A stretch of 39,701 bases of DNA from Paraphysomonas bandaiensis (taxonomy: Eukaryota; Protista; Chrysophyceae): the NCBI GenBank assembly GCA_965644295.1, contig CBFFRP010000644.1, positions 1 through 39,701 of the forward strand, written 5' to 3'. Below are positions 11,101-16,646 of this stretch, piece after piece (position 1 is the stretch's first letter; every line of letters begins with the position of its first letter). Both the position numbers and the translations under genes were made by a program. The notes beneath the pieces are model-generated. The model was not told where the DNA came from, ran no database searches, and worked only from the letters and a program-made list of their open reading frames with translations.

Positions 11101-13309
11101 GCATGCCTGGTGTGTCGACTACGTCACCACCTCCGCAACACACCTACGCTACAAATGTGCATCCCCAGACTGTAAACTGTTAGTGCTTAACACACAAGTA
11201 CTCCCGACACTACTCTACAAGGCCACCAAAGCCTCCTGGACGTACGACAGATACCTGGACATAGACAAACTCCTTGCACGAGCAGCCAGGAAGGTCCTCC
11301 GACTACCCCCAGGATACCCCACAGCCCTCATCTATCTGCCCACGAAATACAAAGGACTTGGCCTGCGTAAGTTCTCCACATGGGCCCAGACCCAAAAGTG
11401 GCACACACTCCAAAGGGCCATCACCCTGGGGGGGGAACCCAAGCGAGCCGCCATATCCATCTTAAAACGTCACGATCACAATCGCCCAGACATCGACCTG
11501 TACATCACTAGCCTGGTCCAATGGGGACACCAGCTCGGAATTCGACTGCAGCCCCCATCCCCGGCCACGCCCCAATTCCGAGAAACCATCGACAAGGTCC
11601 AAACCCAACTCCAACTACACAACAATCATCCACACGACTTTCAAGCCATCTTCACTGATGGTTCCTTCACTCGCACAAACCTCTCTCCTGCTCATCTCCT
11701 CGGCGACGCTCACGTACAGCACGCAACACACTATGGGGGGGCAGCAATTGTCTGGCTCCCACCCAAAACCAACTGGAGCACAGGAATAACCAAAATCCTT
11801 CGACTTACAGCCCCCGAGCATACCTTACCCGGGATAACCCCATACACCTACGAGACCCTGGCAATGTCAGCAGCCCTCACGTTCTCGAAACTCATATCCC
11901 CCACCGTACCTATGTGCACCGACTGCCAAGCAGTCCAAACACGAACCACGGAAGCTCTCTCTCGTCGGCGGCGGGCCCTCGGCACAAAGCCCCAGGGCAT
12001 CTTTTACGAATGCCTCGCCACAGGAAATCACCGGCAGCGACCAATACGATGGGTCCGCTCCCATCCAGAACGCCGAACACAAGATCGGAACAACTGGACC
12101 TACAACGACTATGGCATTTACATAGCTGACGCTGCCGCCAGTGGAGAGTGGTCGGCGATTGACAAAATATTAGGCGGCACAAACTACAGCGTGGTCACGA
12201 CTGAGATCACACACCTCATCGACGAATTCCTCACTGCCGGCCAATGGCAATGGAGAAGATACGACAAATTCCTCCACACCGACTGTGGTCCCATGCTAGG
12301 GGATGTCACCGAACTCCAACACCAATGGGACCTCCACCAATACATCCTCACGCGTGACGGCACGTACCCCACAAGCGCAAGCCGAGACTCGCAGTACTGG
12401 ACACGCAGCGGCACCAGGCTCCCAAACAAACTCCATCCCCTCAAGCCCAATAATTCGCCCAACTGCTATGTCCCATTCCACGACCGCATCCGCGAAACTG
12501 CATATGTCTGGGACAAATCATACGCGATGGGCAGAAATAGGGCCAAGGGCAAACATGGAGACGAACTCACAACAGCAGCCAAATGCACAGACTGTGACCA
12601 CAACCTGGACAACATGGCGCATATGCTCCTCCACTGTCCACACCCTGAGATCGCCCAACTACGTGAACATGCCTTCCACACACAGCAAACCCAGCTTACA
12701 AAACTCCACGGGCAACGACAACCCATCCCCTGGTTCCAAACCGCCCTACAGAGACTGGCGAGGGCTGCCTGGGATCCCACCACACCCCAGGTTGAGAGAT
12801 ACTGGACCGGACAACTAACAGCCTCGCAACTGGCAAATGCTTTCGGACACAACATCTCCACCACGTTACACGACCACCAGTTCCATAAACTCGAGAAATC
12901 CGTCACCAAAGTCCTGCTCCCCCTCTACAATGGAGGAATAAACATGCTCAAAAACAGAGGATGTCGATTTCACAGTAACGATGCGACAGCAATGACACCA
13001 ACCTCGACTCATGCCAGCTCACAACAATGTCACACAAACCCTACCACCAACCCGACGATCCTCCAGCTACTTAAAGCAACATCCACCCCCAGAGCCGTGC
13101 CCCACACGAGACCCCGCCCCCAGCGCAAGCCTGCCAACCCGCTCCGGAGGCAGACAACACTCATCTCTGACAGAACCGCAACCACAACTAGTACTCCCAA
13201 ACCCTCCGCTAACGCACATCCACAGAATGGCACGTCACCCCCCACACCCCGACTCGCATGCGGATATGGACCACCAGATACACTACCCAAAGGACGACCA
13301 CCAGACTAA
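2153..13309 (+). CDS. ORF2 polyprotein, 3718 aa: SET, OTU-like x3, SET, AP endonuclease, reverse transcriptase, RNase H, CCHC zinc knuckle
   Basis: Uninterrupted ORF; motifs are listed in the domain features below. Confidence 0.95.
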   Translation: MRLPVQPTTHPPTSVRQPEAHTHPLLTRRSDPSQHTRLCPLHTLPNPPHQICNLTGSLTEEKQCRLHSGLSTALGHHLGSLQPLIPRITEGTAVDMLCGPLNSLFTAHGVATLTHHSFSLLHVHTLTAIIHITHLLNTAPARQWTVETSCRFSKNLFMAHSPPLYLDPPHHPQTHPHHTLHTPPHQTYNLTGRLTEAKPCSLHRGLSTTLGPHLYSSQPRITRINKRTAVDMLCGPLNSLFTAHGVVTQTYHLLSPLHVHTLTDILRITQLLLLITSLLHLNPPAQTQWTVEMACRNSMNLFMAHGLAPRIVHPHTPLPTTNTTQIHPLYSSSSSQYPLYSHMTHPSALRQGVGFSSDASGDGPKPKSQEVKRKQNAKKKERRKRLKRLFLQGEITDIPQHLKRRCLRDRRRRLQHHSRVWEAHIQHHLRKRTAPGQTIAPAVFNILDQRPTPWLMRTRQPLRPTSESAHPDAVDYYRAHPNGDTRFQILRGCQKPNITCDNSQRGVWAVENIPTGTPLFPYVGHYITGTPSASTYLLQLREEEKYIQAEPAMVDYGYVAFRKPSDPLPKRIPRAFGACCNTIPVEDLGTRVYNARIRPRDENDLSDCIFIDACADIHPQEEILLDYGDGHLISRTNKTPDECLRAYRAYLRTAEAPDTHPPSIRRSPRLRTTATATHNPRHPQGSTTTKASAVTSRKQPRAHTPPKAAFVDDTTEQWTFYSPSGLIAMTLYPSELQRLLELSRASATRSTIKTLVATCLKKGEICTARKYTTAEVNTTPGNGFCGIGALGPLLPEYSTIHSTRPTKGPLLNPDDPIDNEYLQELLNYSQAVIISLSDQIIEEVGDRAVLDFLLELIDAYRIALSADVPTKTGLPPQYWAQTDALMLMAETHGIHIRIWQDPTLPTEPVFLNPNWATWASHHRTFLPDTERKTPKDIFCCNQHFFLDLREPAEAELHRLMELLPHLYADRLAPSLPLVPAHTHAARTQQGPEYASDSSGDGPSTHPHLHKHPPTQNPPRPRQFGPGYSSDDSGDGPRKRRPRKPPNEPQPPKTPGHTHKPDAHTTTPAPDTTRQPPGRRRHSLTLADYFPPIPPPKADTRSTPADQPTLSPTEQTSIANTLDIPPSQDRPTPRVSSSPPPLLPQPARREATPFTSSLTNAWTAYDNTHRVAVSLREDLLRHIHNTVMAGTTNWSQLLQIIHDDANYIQVANFDWEDDYRATIARGLDALAATYQIHTAPSPGHYPNVPLQTAEDAKALHRFIAHLQRICLASGQAHTSRLLHTLQCAHKALTTMPPQRCALSADHHMEITDVQTLLQLLRTNFRLWRETSGSLSSGWVMLHNHHNHDPKAATTHNVAVTNKHYFLLRIPDIGSKLDEAHCRAKSALSHFIHHAAQRTPQPHPRKEHQPQAALPTPTPLTISAGHLTLSTTQRGARAITARLVEPGTRNSPRTAIQTAGRVLRVHITTASVQAAHRIPANGYCAYGTLYRLHTLCVGMRHTANHWNLDLQKPEHRLHLGHWLSQIRTAALDSPHCTPTILSKTAHAIHSLTVKHSPTYATPQDIQHWLSVRELHILSSYIGPVTTWTADGDNITIVGIPDAPITHSPAWTSDELRDAITDDRPHLVLHDAHYYHLNPRGLAAELDNALLDLEAAFLCPQLYRPPSPTELSTGNTAPPAPLPPKQPQQSITHSTTPWPPTPTNCTTPNLPRRGPHVSTPLTSPGKYSQHRTSTTAGSSPPDAPPRIPHLRDVPGARRAKGKKARNPTPVPTRKQPARTARTTSSYAEDPDEVQTHAIYRPRATFNTLLQTAHPPLPLTWDTTLRYKVLVGTADTVTKGNALYAGEPIPAHTIISEYTGHRLPITEARSTGYTSDYLVQDAKGTFAIDARDKRSKSILCAAGYINDPLQARAANVEFHTKKDKIYIRTTRNIATHEELLVHYGYRYWQHPKWPLEILLQAREAYADDVEFCTQEWQDLIASKQSHAQATPKPPEPNHSLVSCTTTFIFSTWNVNGNPSNNPGKIEAILHYIRTHQIDCLYLLDVRLSQNQALYLADYIQDQIPGALVCNFLNSTRKQGPNDPHMGGTIAVISEAWKGRVRHTGSDCTGLGLISRIEFHTGRPNREERFTTIGVYLPPKPATDGPCTLWASLKAFGKNAHRNGATGPYDILTNILSKWITKARANNHTVLVGGDFNATLEGQTGKRDLRGLARSLQLTAPLIQTLDQEAPYHTFYWKDRGISRIDHILHSPLPTHFHNTRNGCHTSDAIAAAPFDHRPVWIQVDISGTGPTLPKERHRQIPPRLNINPADHDMVEEFQTHLHKHHHKLSTLPTHPHPAENAAIKLALLHRITLEAAHDTRHADRTKKNGIHAKCQRKRSRFKDGFSAEMRVLQMALHLIVYLKRKLFTRSGHLHPRVTDAYLYSIVRRGICRWERTTAALDRSSEDHDRPPTAIIRAAIDPRQILTWTTTNVTGKAFDNLRDSLMRMLHGRARAEMRKRMTTRTHALQAQLETQQIRKILQSIGLKRKQTPALTRLTLEDGATITIPSEIQEALNKHFTAHHAFPKGMDPTAHRLHYDDNWWRELTAGENLHNPLHPNSAIPIQHHSGLRKLCETKVGSSTSAKIQEALRQQISIHEFHSTLDNMAKDKAPGPSMVTTNMIKSWTPQVKIEVLGLLQTLWTHRHIPHWWKDRVMTPLLKKPGNTSLKNLRPIGLLEVLRKLMTRIITHRLLQIWEDDDVLHPAQHGYRWRHGTDTAILRVLAATELAKLTGNAKICTFWDFQKAFDSIAPNLLKLAWARLGVPEDTIRWLSELDSEGRTYIWTPHMADHIDPKTLEELSQSDGSFLQHPDMGFSANRGVTQGGTESTVAWIVIFDMILCWSDLKDDSQDKAYADDLSQITNSIATAQMKADRLSSFCAFTGMQLAIAKTECIAIGSPFEVEAMLDTEPTITIRDWNWNPHTIPIRATTVPTKYLGVLLPFSSKDTDSHAWCVDYVTTSATHLRYKCASPDCKLLVLNTQVLPTLLYKATKASWTYDRYLDIDKLLARAARKVLRLPPGYPTALIYLPTKYKGLGLRKFSTWAQTQKWHTLQRAITLGGEPKRAAISILKRHDHNRPDIDLYITSLVQWGHQLGIRLQPPSPATPQFRETIDKVQTQLQLHNNHPHDFQAIFTDGSFTRTNLSPAHLLGDAHVQHATHYGGAAIVWLPPKTNWSTGITKILRLTAPEHTLPGITPYTYETLAMSAALTFSKLISPTVPMCTDCQAVQTRTTEALSRRRRALGTKPQGIFYECLATGNHRQRPIRWVRSHPERRTQDRNNWTYNDYGIYIADAAASGEWSAIDKILGGTNYSVVTTEITHLIDEFLTAGQWQWRRYDKFLHTDCGPMLGDVTELQHQWDLHQYILTRDGTYPTSASRDSQYWTRSGTRLPNKLHPLKPNNSPNCYVPFHDRIRETAYVWDKSYAMGRNRAKGKHGDELTTAAKCTDCDHNLDNMAHMLLHCPHPEIAQLREHAFHTQQTQLTKLHGQRQPIPWFQTALQRLARAAWDPTTPQVERYWTGQLTASQLANAFGHNISTTLHDHQFHKLEKSVTKVLLPLYNGGINMLKNRGCRFHSNDATAMTPTSTHASSQQCHTNPTTNPTILQLLKATSTPRAVPHTRPRPQRKPANPLRRQTTLISDRTATTTSTPKPSANAHPQNGTSPPTPRLACGYGPPDTLPKGRPPD
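2270..3075 (+). repeat. Imperfect tandem duplication (~408-435 bp period); each unit holds three related stem-loops
   Basis: GGACTGCTGTGGACATGCTGTGCGGACCACTTAACAGTCTGTTCACAGCCCATGGCGT is identical at ~2424 and ~2832. Hairpins lie at 2326-2378, ~2429-2472, 2581-2639, 2734-2786, ~2837-2880 and 3016-3072. Confidence 0.9.
3662..4045 (+). other. SET-like domain 1 within ORF2
   Basis: RGVWAVENIPTGTPLFPYVG ... ACCN ... YNAR ... IFIDACADIHPQEEILLDYG matches the SET motifs GxGxxA, EYxG, NH and EELxxDYG; the NH motif is diverged. Confidence 0.8.
4481..4990 (+). other. OTU-like (papain-fold) cysteine protease domain 1 within ORF2
   Basis: TPGNGFCGIGAL (Cys 4505-4507) ... YWAQ ... IRIW ... NQHFF (His 4979-4981), resembling the OTU PxDGxC / W / H[FY] motifs. 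Confidence 0.7.
5768..6250 (+). other. Degenerate OTU-like domain 2 (His box kept, catalytic Cys motif absent)
   Basis: LSADHHMEITDVQTLLQLLRTNFRLWRE ... VAVTNKHYFLL aligns by eye with LPPQYWAQTDALMLMAETHGIHIRIWQD ... IFCCNQHFFLD of domain 1. Confidence 0.5.
6572..7054 (+). other. OTU-like cysteine protease domain 3 within ORF2
   Basis: IPANGYCAYGTL (Cys 6596-6598) ... HWLS ... HLVLHDAHYY (His 7040-7042). Confidence 0.7.
7655..7984 (+). other. SET domain 2 within ORF2 (compact, no pre-/post-SET Cys clusters)
   Basis: GNALYAGEPIPAHTIISEYTG ... AIDA ... AGYINDP ... ANVEF ... IYIRTTRNIATHEELLVHYGYRYW. Confidence 0.88.
8159..8995 (+). other. Apurinic/apyrimidinic-like endonuclease (EEP fold)
   Basis: TWNVNG, GVYLPP, GGDFNA, TF...SRIDHIL, DHRPV. 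Confidence 0.93.
10078..11075 (+). other. Non-LTR reverse transcriptase domain
   Basis: KAPGP, LRPIGLL, QHGYR, DFQKAFDSI, RGVTQGG, YADD (10814-10825), KYLGV. Confidence 0.97.
11645..12139 (+). other. RNase H domain
   Basis: IFTDGS ... YETLA ... TDCQAV ... WVRSHPE ... IADAAA gives the D-E-D-D set plus His. Confidence 0.88.
12584..12637 (+). other. CCHC zinc knuckle
   Basis: CTDCDHNLDNMAHMLLHC = C-x2-C-x8-H-x4-C. Confidence 0.85.
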
Positions 13310-13324
13310 ACTTAAAACAAGGGA

Positions 13325-13361
13325 TGGTTGCACCAAGGTGCTTGCAGCAATGCACAAGCAG
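13325..13361 (+). promoter_or_regulatory. Conserved 3' UTR stem-loop with GNRA tetraloop (putative RT recognition element)
   Basis: TGGTTGCACCAAGGTGCTTGCAGCAATGCACAAGCAG is 32/37 identical to the reverse complement of 22729-22765, with a compensatory A-U to G-C change. Confidence 0.75.
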
Positions 13362-13459
13362 TCCCGAGATAAAGCATTTCATATTTTGTGTTACACTTTT
13401 AGTCTAAAGTAATAGCTAGATAAATGCAACAAGTTCTCTCATGTAATAATCAGATCTAT

Positions 13460-15403
13460 TTATATGGGTAACTTCCTCAAGTGTTCCCTCATTTCCGGCA
13501 ATACTTTGGCCATCTCCACCTGCTCCTCACACCTCTGCCGCAGCTCCGCTGTGATCTTCTCCACCACCCCTGGCGTCCTCATGCACCATTGGCAGAACTC
13601 CCCATAGCTCTTAGACCTCGCCTTCTCCACCTGCTGACTAGGGTCGACCTCTTCCTTGGCCTCTGCTTCCCTCCCCCTTCTCATGCTAGTGCGAGCCTCT
13701 TCCTCTCTTCCTGTCATACTCTCCTTCTCTACGGTCAACCAAGTCTCCTCATCACTGCTCACCTCGTCTGGATACTCTTCTCCCCATCGATCCATGTTCG
13801 GTCTTCCTTCCCCTCTCATCCACCTAACCTGATCTCTATAGCTTTTCAGAGGCGGTCCTATCTCCCTGAGCTCTCTCAATGCTACCTGAATGACCTCCTT
13901 CTGCTCCTCCAGATACATCAACCTCTCTGCCAACCTATTGCTGGTCGTGAGATAGTCCAGCAGCTCCGGTATCTTGTCCCTCTCCTGGCTCAGTAACTCG
14001 AAATCCATGTCTCGGCGCCCCCTGGTCCTTGCATGTTGGATGATCCCCAGCCACGACACATAGAACTCTCTTTGTATATCTGGTACTCCCTCCTTCACTG
14101 CAGCCATCTTCAGCTCCTCCATCAATCTATCCAATACCCCCCTGTACGTGCCTTCCGTCATCCTCTCTCTCACATTCTGTATCTCTCTCCTCACCAGCCT
14201 CTCACTCTGCCATACATACTTGTCTTGATGTTCTGGTTCCACCGGCTTCACCAGATGTAGCAGCATATTCCTCTGAAGCATGTTCCGGGTCTCCTGTGAT
14301 AGTCCCACGGGTTTCGAGGCTACCTGAATGTCCTCCTGCATCCATCCTCCATCTCGTCTGCTCTCCTCCCCATCTGTTCTCCGTCTACCACTGGACCTAC
14401 TTCCCATACTCCACTCATCCTGTGACAACATCTCCTCTCCTCGTCTTCTTCTCCCGCCCCCTACTCCCATTGCAGCCAACTCCTCCATCACTGGTGTACT
14501 TCGATACTCTTCCCCTATCTCCCTTCTGGCTGGTGTCTTTGGATAGTCGTCCCCTCTTTCTCCTCTATGAGACTGCCAATGCTCTGCTCCTGTGGCCTCC
14601 CTCCTACTCGTCGGTGTCTGCCCCTCTTCCCTCATTATCTTCCCTTCTCTCCGACCTCCTCTATACCAGCATACCCAACACTGTGTAGCATACTTCGGCG
14701 CTGATCCTGCCTTCAGTACTGCCTGGCAGCTCCTACACTTACGATCAAATATGAGAGTCTCTGTCCGTGGATTCCCTCTCATCTCTATCACAGGCTGATC
14801 TCTTGCTTTCTCTGTCGCATACTTCTGACGCACCCACACCCATGATGGAATATCTGCAGGCCTGCTCTCCCTCTCTTCCTGCTCCAATTCCCCTAGCCGC
14901 ATCTTCTCACTAAACAATTTCCTGGTGGTTTCCATACCCCTCTCTCCGGTCTCTCTCGCTCGTACAGGCATTCCTGTTAGTGGGTCTCCCTCGTCTGACT
15001 CTTGATAGTCTGGAGCCCCACTCCAATCTCTGTACAGTCTCTCCATTGTGGCCCCCATCCCTGGCCTGCCCTTGTTGCTGTGTCTACTCCCGTCCCCACG
15101 GTTGTAGACTGGTTCCTCCAATGGGGCCGTCCCTTGGCCGGTCCCGGTATCCCCCCATGCCTCGGAGAGTAATGTGTCCCGTGCACTGTCCACATCGTCC
15201 TCCCATTGCTCTGCCCTTCGCTCTTCCCCCCTTTGGGATCGTTGCCATGAAATTCCGCTGCCCCCTCTTCGTCGTGGCTGATCAAGTCCACTGGTTCGCG
15301 AGGGCAGCCCACGTTGTCCACCACATGAGACGATCGGAGATGTGGGGGTCCTTGGCAGAGGGCTTTGCCTTGTTGATGCATCAGTTGGGTACCTTGTGCT
15401 CAT
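13460..15403 (-). CDS. Orphan 647-aa Arg/Glu/Gly-rich protein with a C-x2-C-x15-C-x2-C motif and a helical C-terminal half; probably mobile-element derived
   Basis: Intronless ORF with a purine-rich sense strand. CRSC...CWVC lies at 14669-14737. The stop codon is 4 nt from the LINE 3' terminal motif. Confidence 0.6.
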   Translation of the reverse strand: MSTRYPTDASTRQSPLPRTPTSPIVSCGGQRGLPSRTSGLDQPRRRGGSGISWQRSQRGEERRAEQWEDDVDSARDTLLSEAWGDTGTGQGTAPLEEPVYNRGDGSRHSNKGRPGMGATMERLYRDWSGAPDYQESDEGDPLTGMPVRARETGERGMETTRKLFSEKMRLGELEQEERESRPADIPSWVWVRQKYATEKARDQPVIEMRGNPRTETLIFDRKCRSCQAVLKAGSAPKYATQCWVCWYRGGRREGKIMREEGQTPTSRREATGAEHWQSHRGERGDDYPKTPARREIGEEYRSTPVMEELAAMGVGGGRRRRGEEMLSQDEWSMGSRSSGRRRTDGEESRRDGGWMQEDIQVASKPVGLSQETRNMLQRNMLLHLVKPVEPEHQDKYVWQSERLVRREIQNVRERMTEGTYRGVLDRLMEELKMAAVKEGVPDIQREFYVSWLGIIQHARTRGRRDMDFELLSQERDKIPELLDYLTTSNRLAERLMYLEEQKEVIQVALRELREIGPPLKSYRDQVRWMRGEGRPNMDRWGEEYPDEVSSDEETWLTVEKESMTGREEEARTSMRRGREAEAKEEVDPSQQVEKARSKSYGEFCQWCMRTPGVVEKITAELRQRCEEQVEMAKVLPEMREHLRKLPI

Positions 15404-15659
15404 ACCCGCGGATAACTTCTTACTACGTGCAATGACGTCTGATCTTACTAGGTGCCTGTTAGATGCTATTAAACAGACCCTTAAGCTCTGATAATCGTAT
15501 AACTATCAATTATTAGAACTATCCTTACTTATGCTCTCATAACCTTAAAGAGTGACTCACATAGCAATCTTGCACTTACAAGCTGGCTCTACACTTAAGC
15601 ACCCATATCATACTCATCACCATCGTATCTCTACAGTTATCGTAATGCTGTCCCTGTAG

Positions 15660-15750
15660 TCGTACTTATCTACTACTCATCGTACCTATCTACTACTCAT
15701 CGTACCTATCCACTACTCATCGTACCTATCTACTACTTATCGTACCTCAT
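15660..15750. repeat. Minisatellite, 20-bp unit CGTACCTATCTACTACTCAT x ~4.5
   Basis: Units start at 15661, 15681, 15701, 15721 and 15741. Confidence 0.92.
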
Positions 15751-16646
15751 ACCCACTTACATACGTACTCACGTACTCAAGTACATACGTACACACCTAC
15801 CTCCACCCAACAGCTACCCTACCACCGTATACTCACTGTAGTCAGGATACACTCACCCCACGATATATGGGACTACATGCGGATTTGTCACAGATGTACT
15901 ATTCACAGTTTACCGTTAAGCGCATATTTCTGTCACCCACTCGAGGGTGGCAACTTCTGATTATCCCGATTGCTATATCCCTGCGATTGATTCATAGATT
16001 AAGTTGTCTCACCAATGCGCCTCAACGACAGCAAGCACATTGAACCAAACTGCCATCGAACCAATCATATGCTTCCAATCCCATTCCTACCTGCTGCTGG
16101 TGATAATTACTATCAGTTACGGTTATTTCCGGTATATCACTGTATAAACCGTATAATAGGAAGTGAAACGTCAAGAAATGGAAGCGTGTCCTCCAATAAG
16201 AAGCGCATGTGGCCTGCTGCTGGATGTATATATCAGTGTGGTCTACAGCAGTGTATTCTACTGCACTATGCGTATGTATGTATGGCACTGCGTATGTATG
16301 GGAATCCCTGTAGAGTATGCTGCTGTTTTATGGACTGCTAGAGAAGGAAGGAATAACATCACTCACATATACGAGCAACTGGAGAGGTCGATCACTGTGC
16401 CACTTGTCAGCCTGCTTCATTATATACTGAAGAGGTATACACATGAAGTGAGATTATTCCTGTCTGTCATCGTATTAAAGGGATTGACTGTCAGTGAACA
16501 GCACATACACTGAGGATGGATATAATGGACATGCTGTAAACTACAATTAACTATTAGTGGCTCTTATCTCTACGCAACAGAGTAATTAAAGAAGAGATTA
16601 TCATATTCTGATTAAGTAGTGAGGGATTAAAGAAACATTTGCAACC

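Larger units (their letters stand above)
1..13457 (+). mobile_element. Giant non-LTR retrotransposon (LINE, APE-RT-RNase H type) with SET and OTU-like accessory domains; 5' end lies outside the window
   Basis: Two long intronless ORFs. ORF2 has ordered APE, RT (YADD), RNase H and CCHC motifs. The + strand has a uniform C/A-rich skew. The 3' end is placed at TAATAATCAGAT (13444-13455), the motif also found at the TSD-defined 3' end of the element at 21422-22630. Confidence 0.92.

Noticed and set aside
12640-13309. C-terminal restriction-like endonuclease as in Dualen/RandI elements
   Set aside because: No PD-(D/E)xK motif is visible after the CCHC knuckle, and the tail is low-complexity.
215-13412. 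Many short overlapping ORFs inside the LINE
   Set aside because: By-products of the skewed composition; no motifs.
15660-15750. CRISPR array or telomeric repeat
   Set aside because: Contiguous 20-bp units without spacers, in an internal eukaryotic context.
16015-16513. Short ORFs upstream of the K+ channel
   Set aside because: Low-complexity TG/TA-rich intergenic or UTR sequence with no protein-like features.
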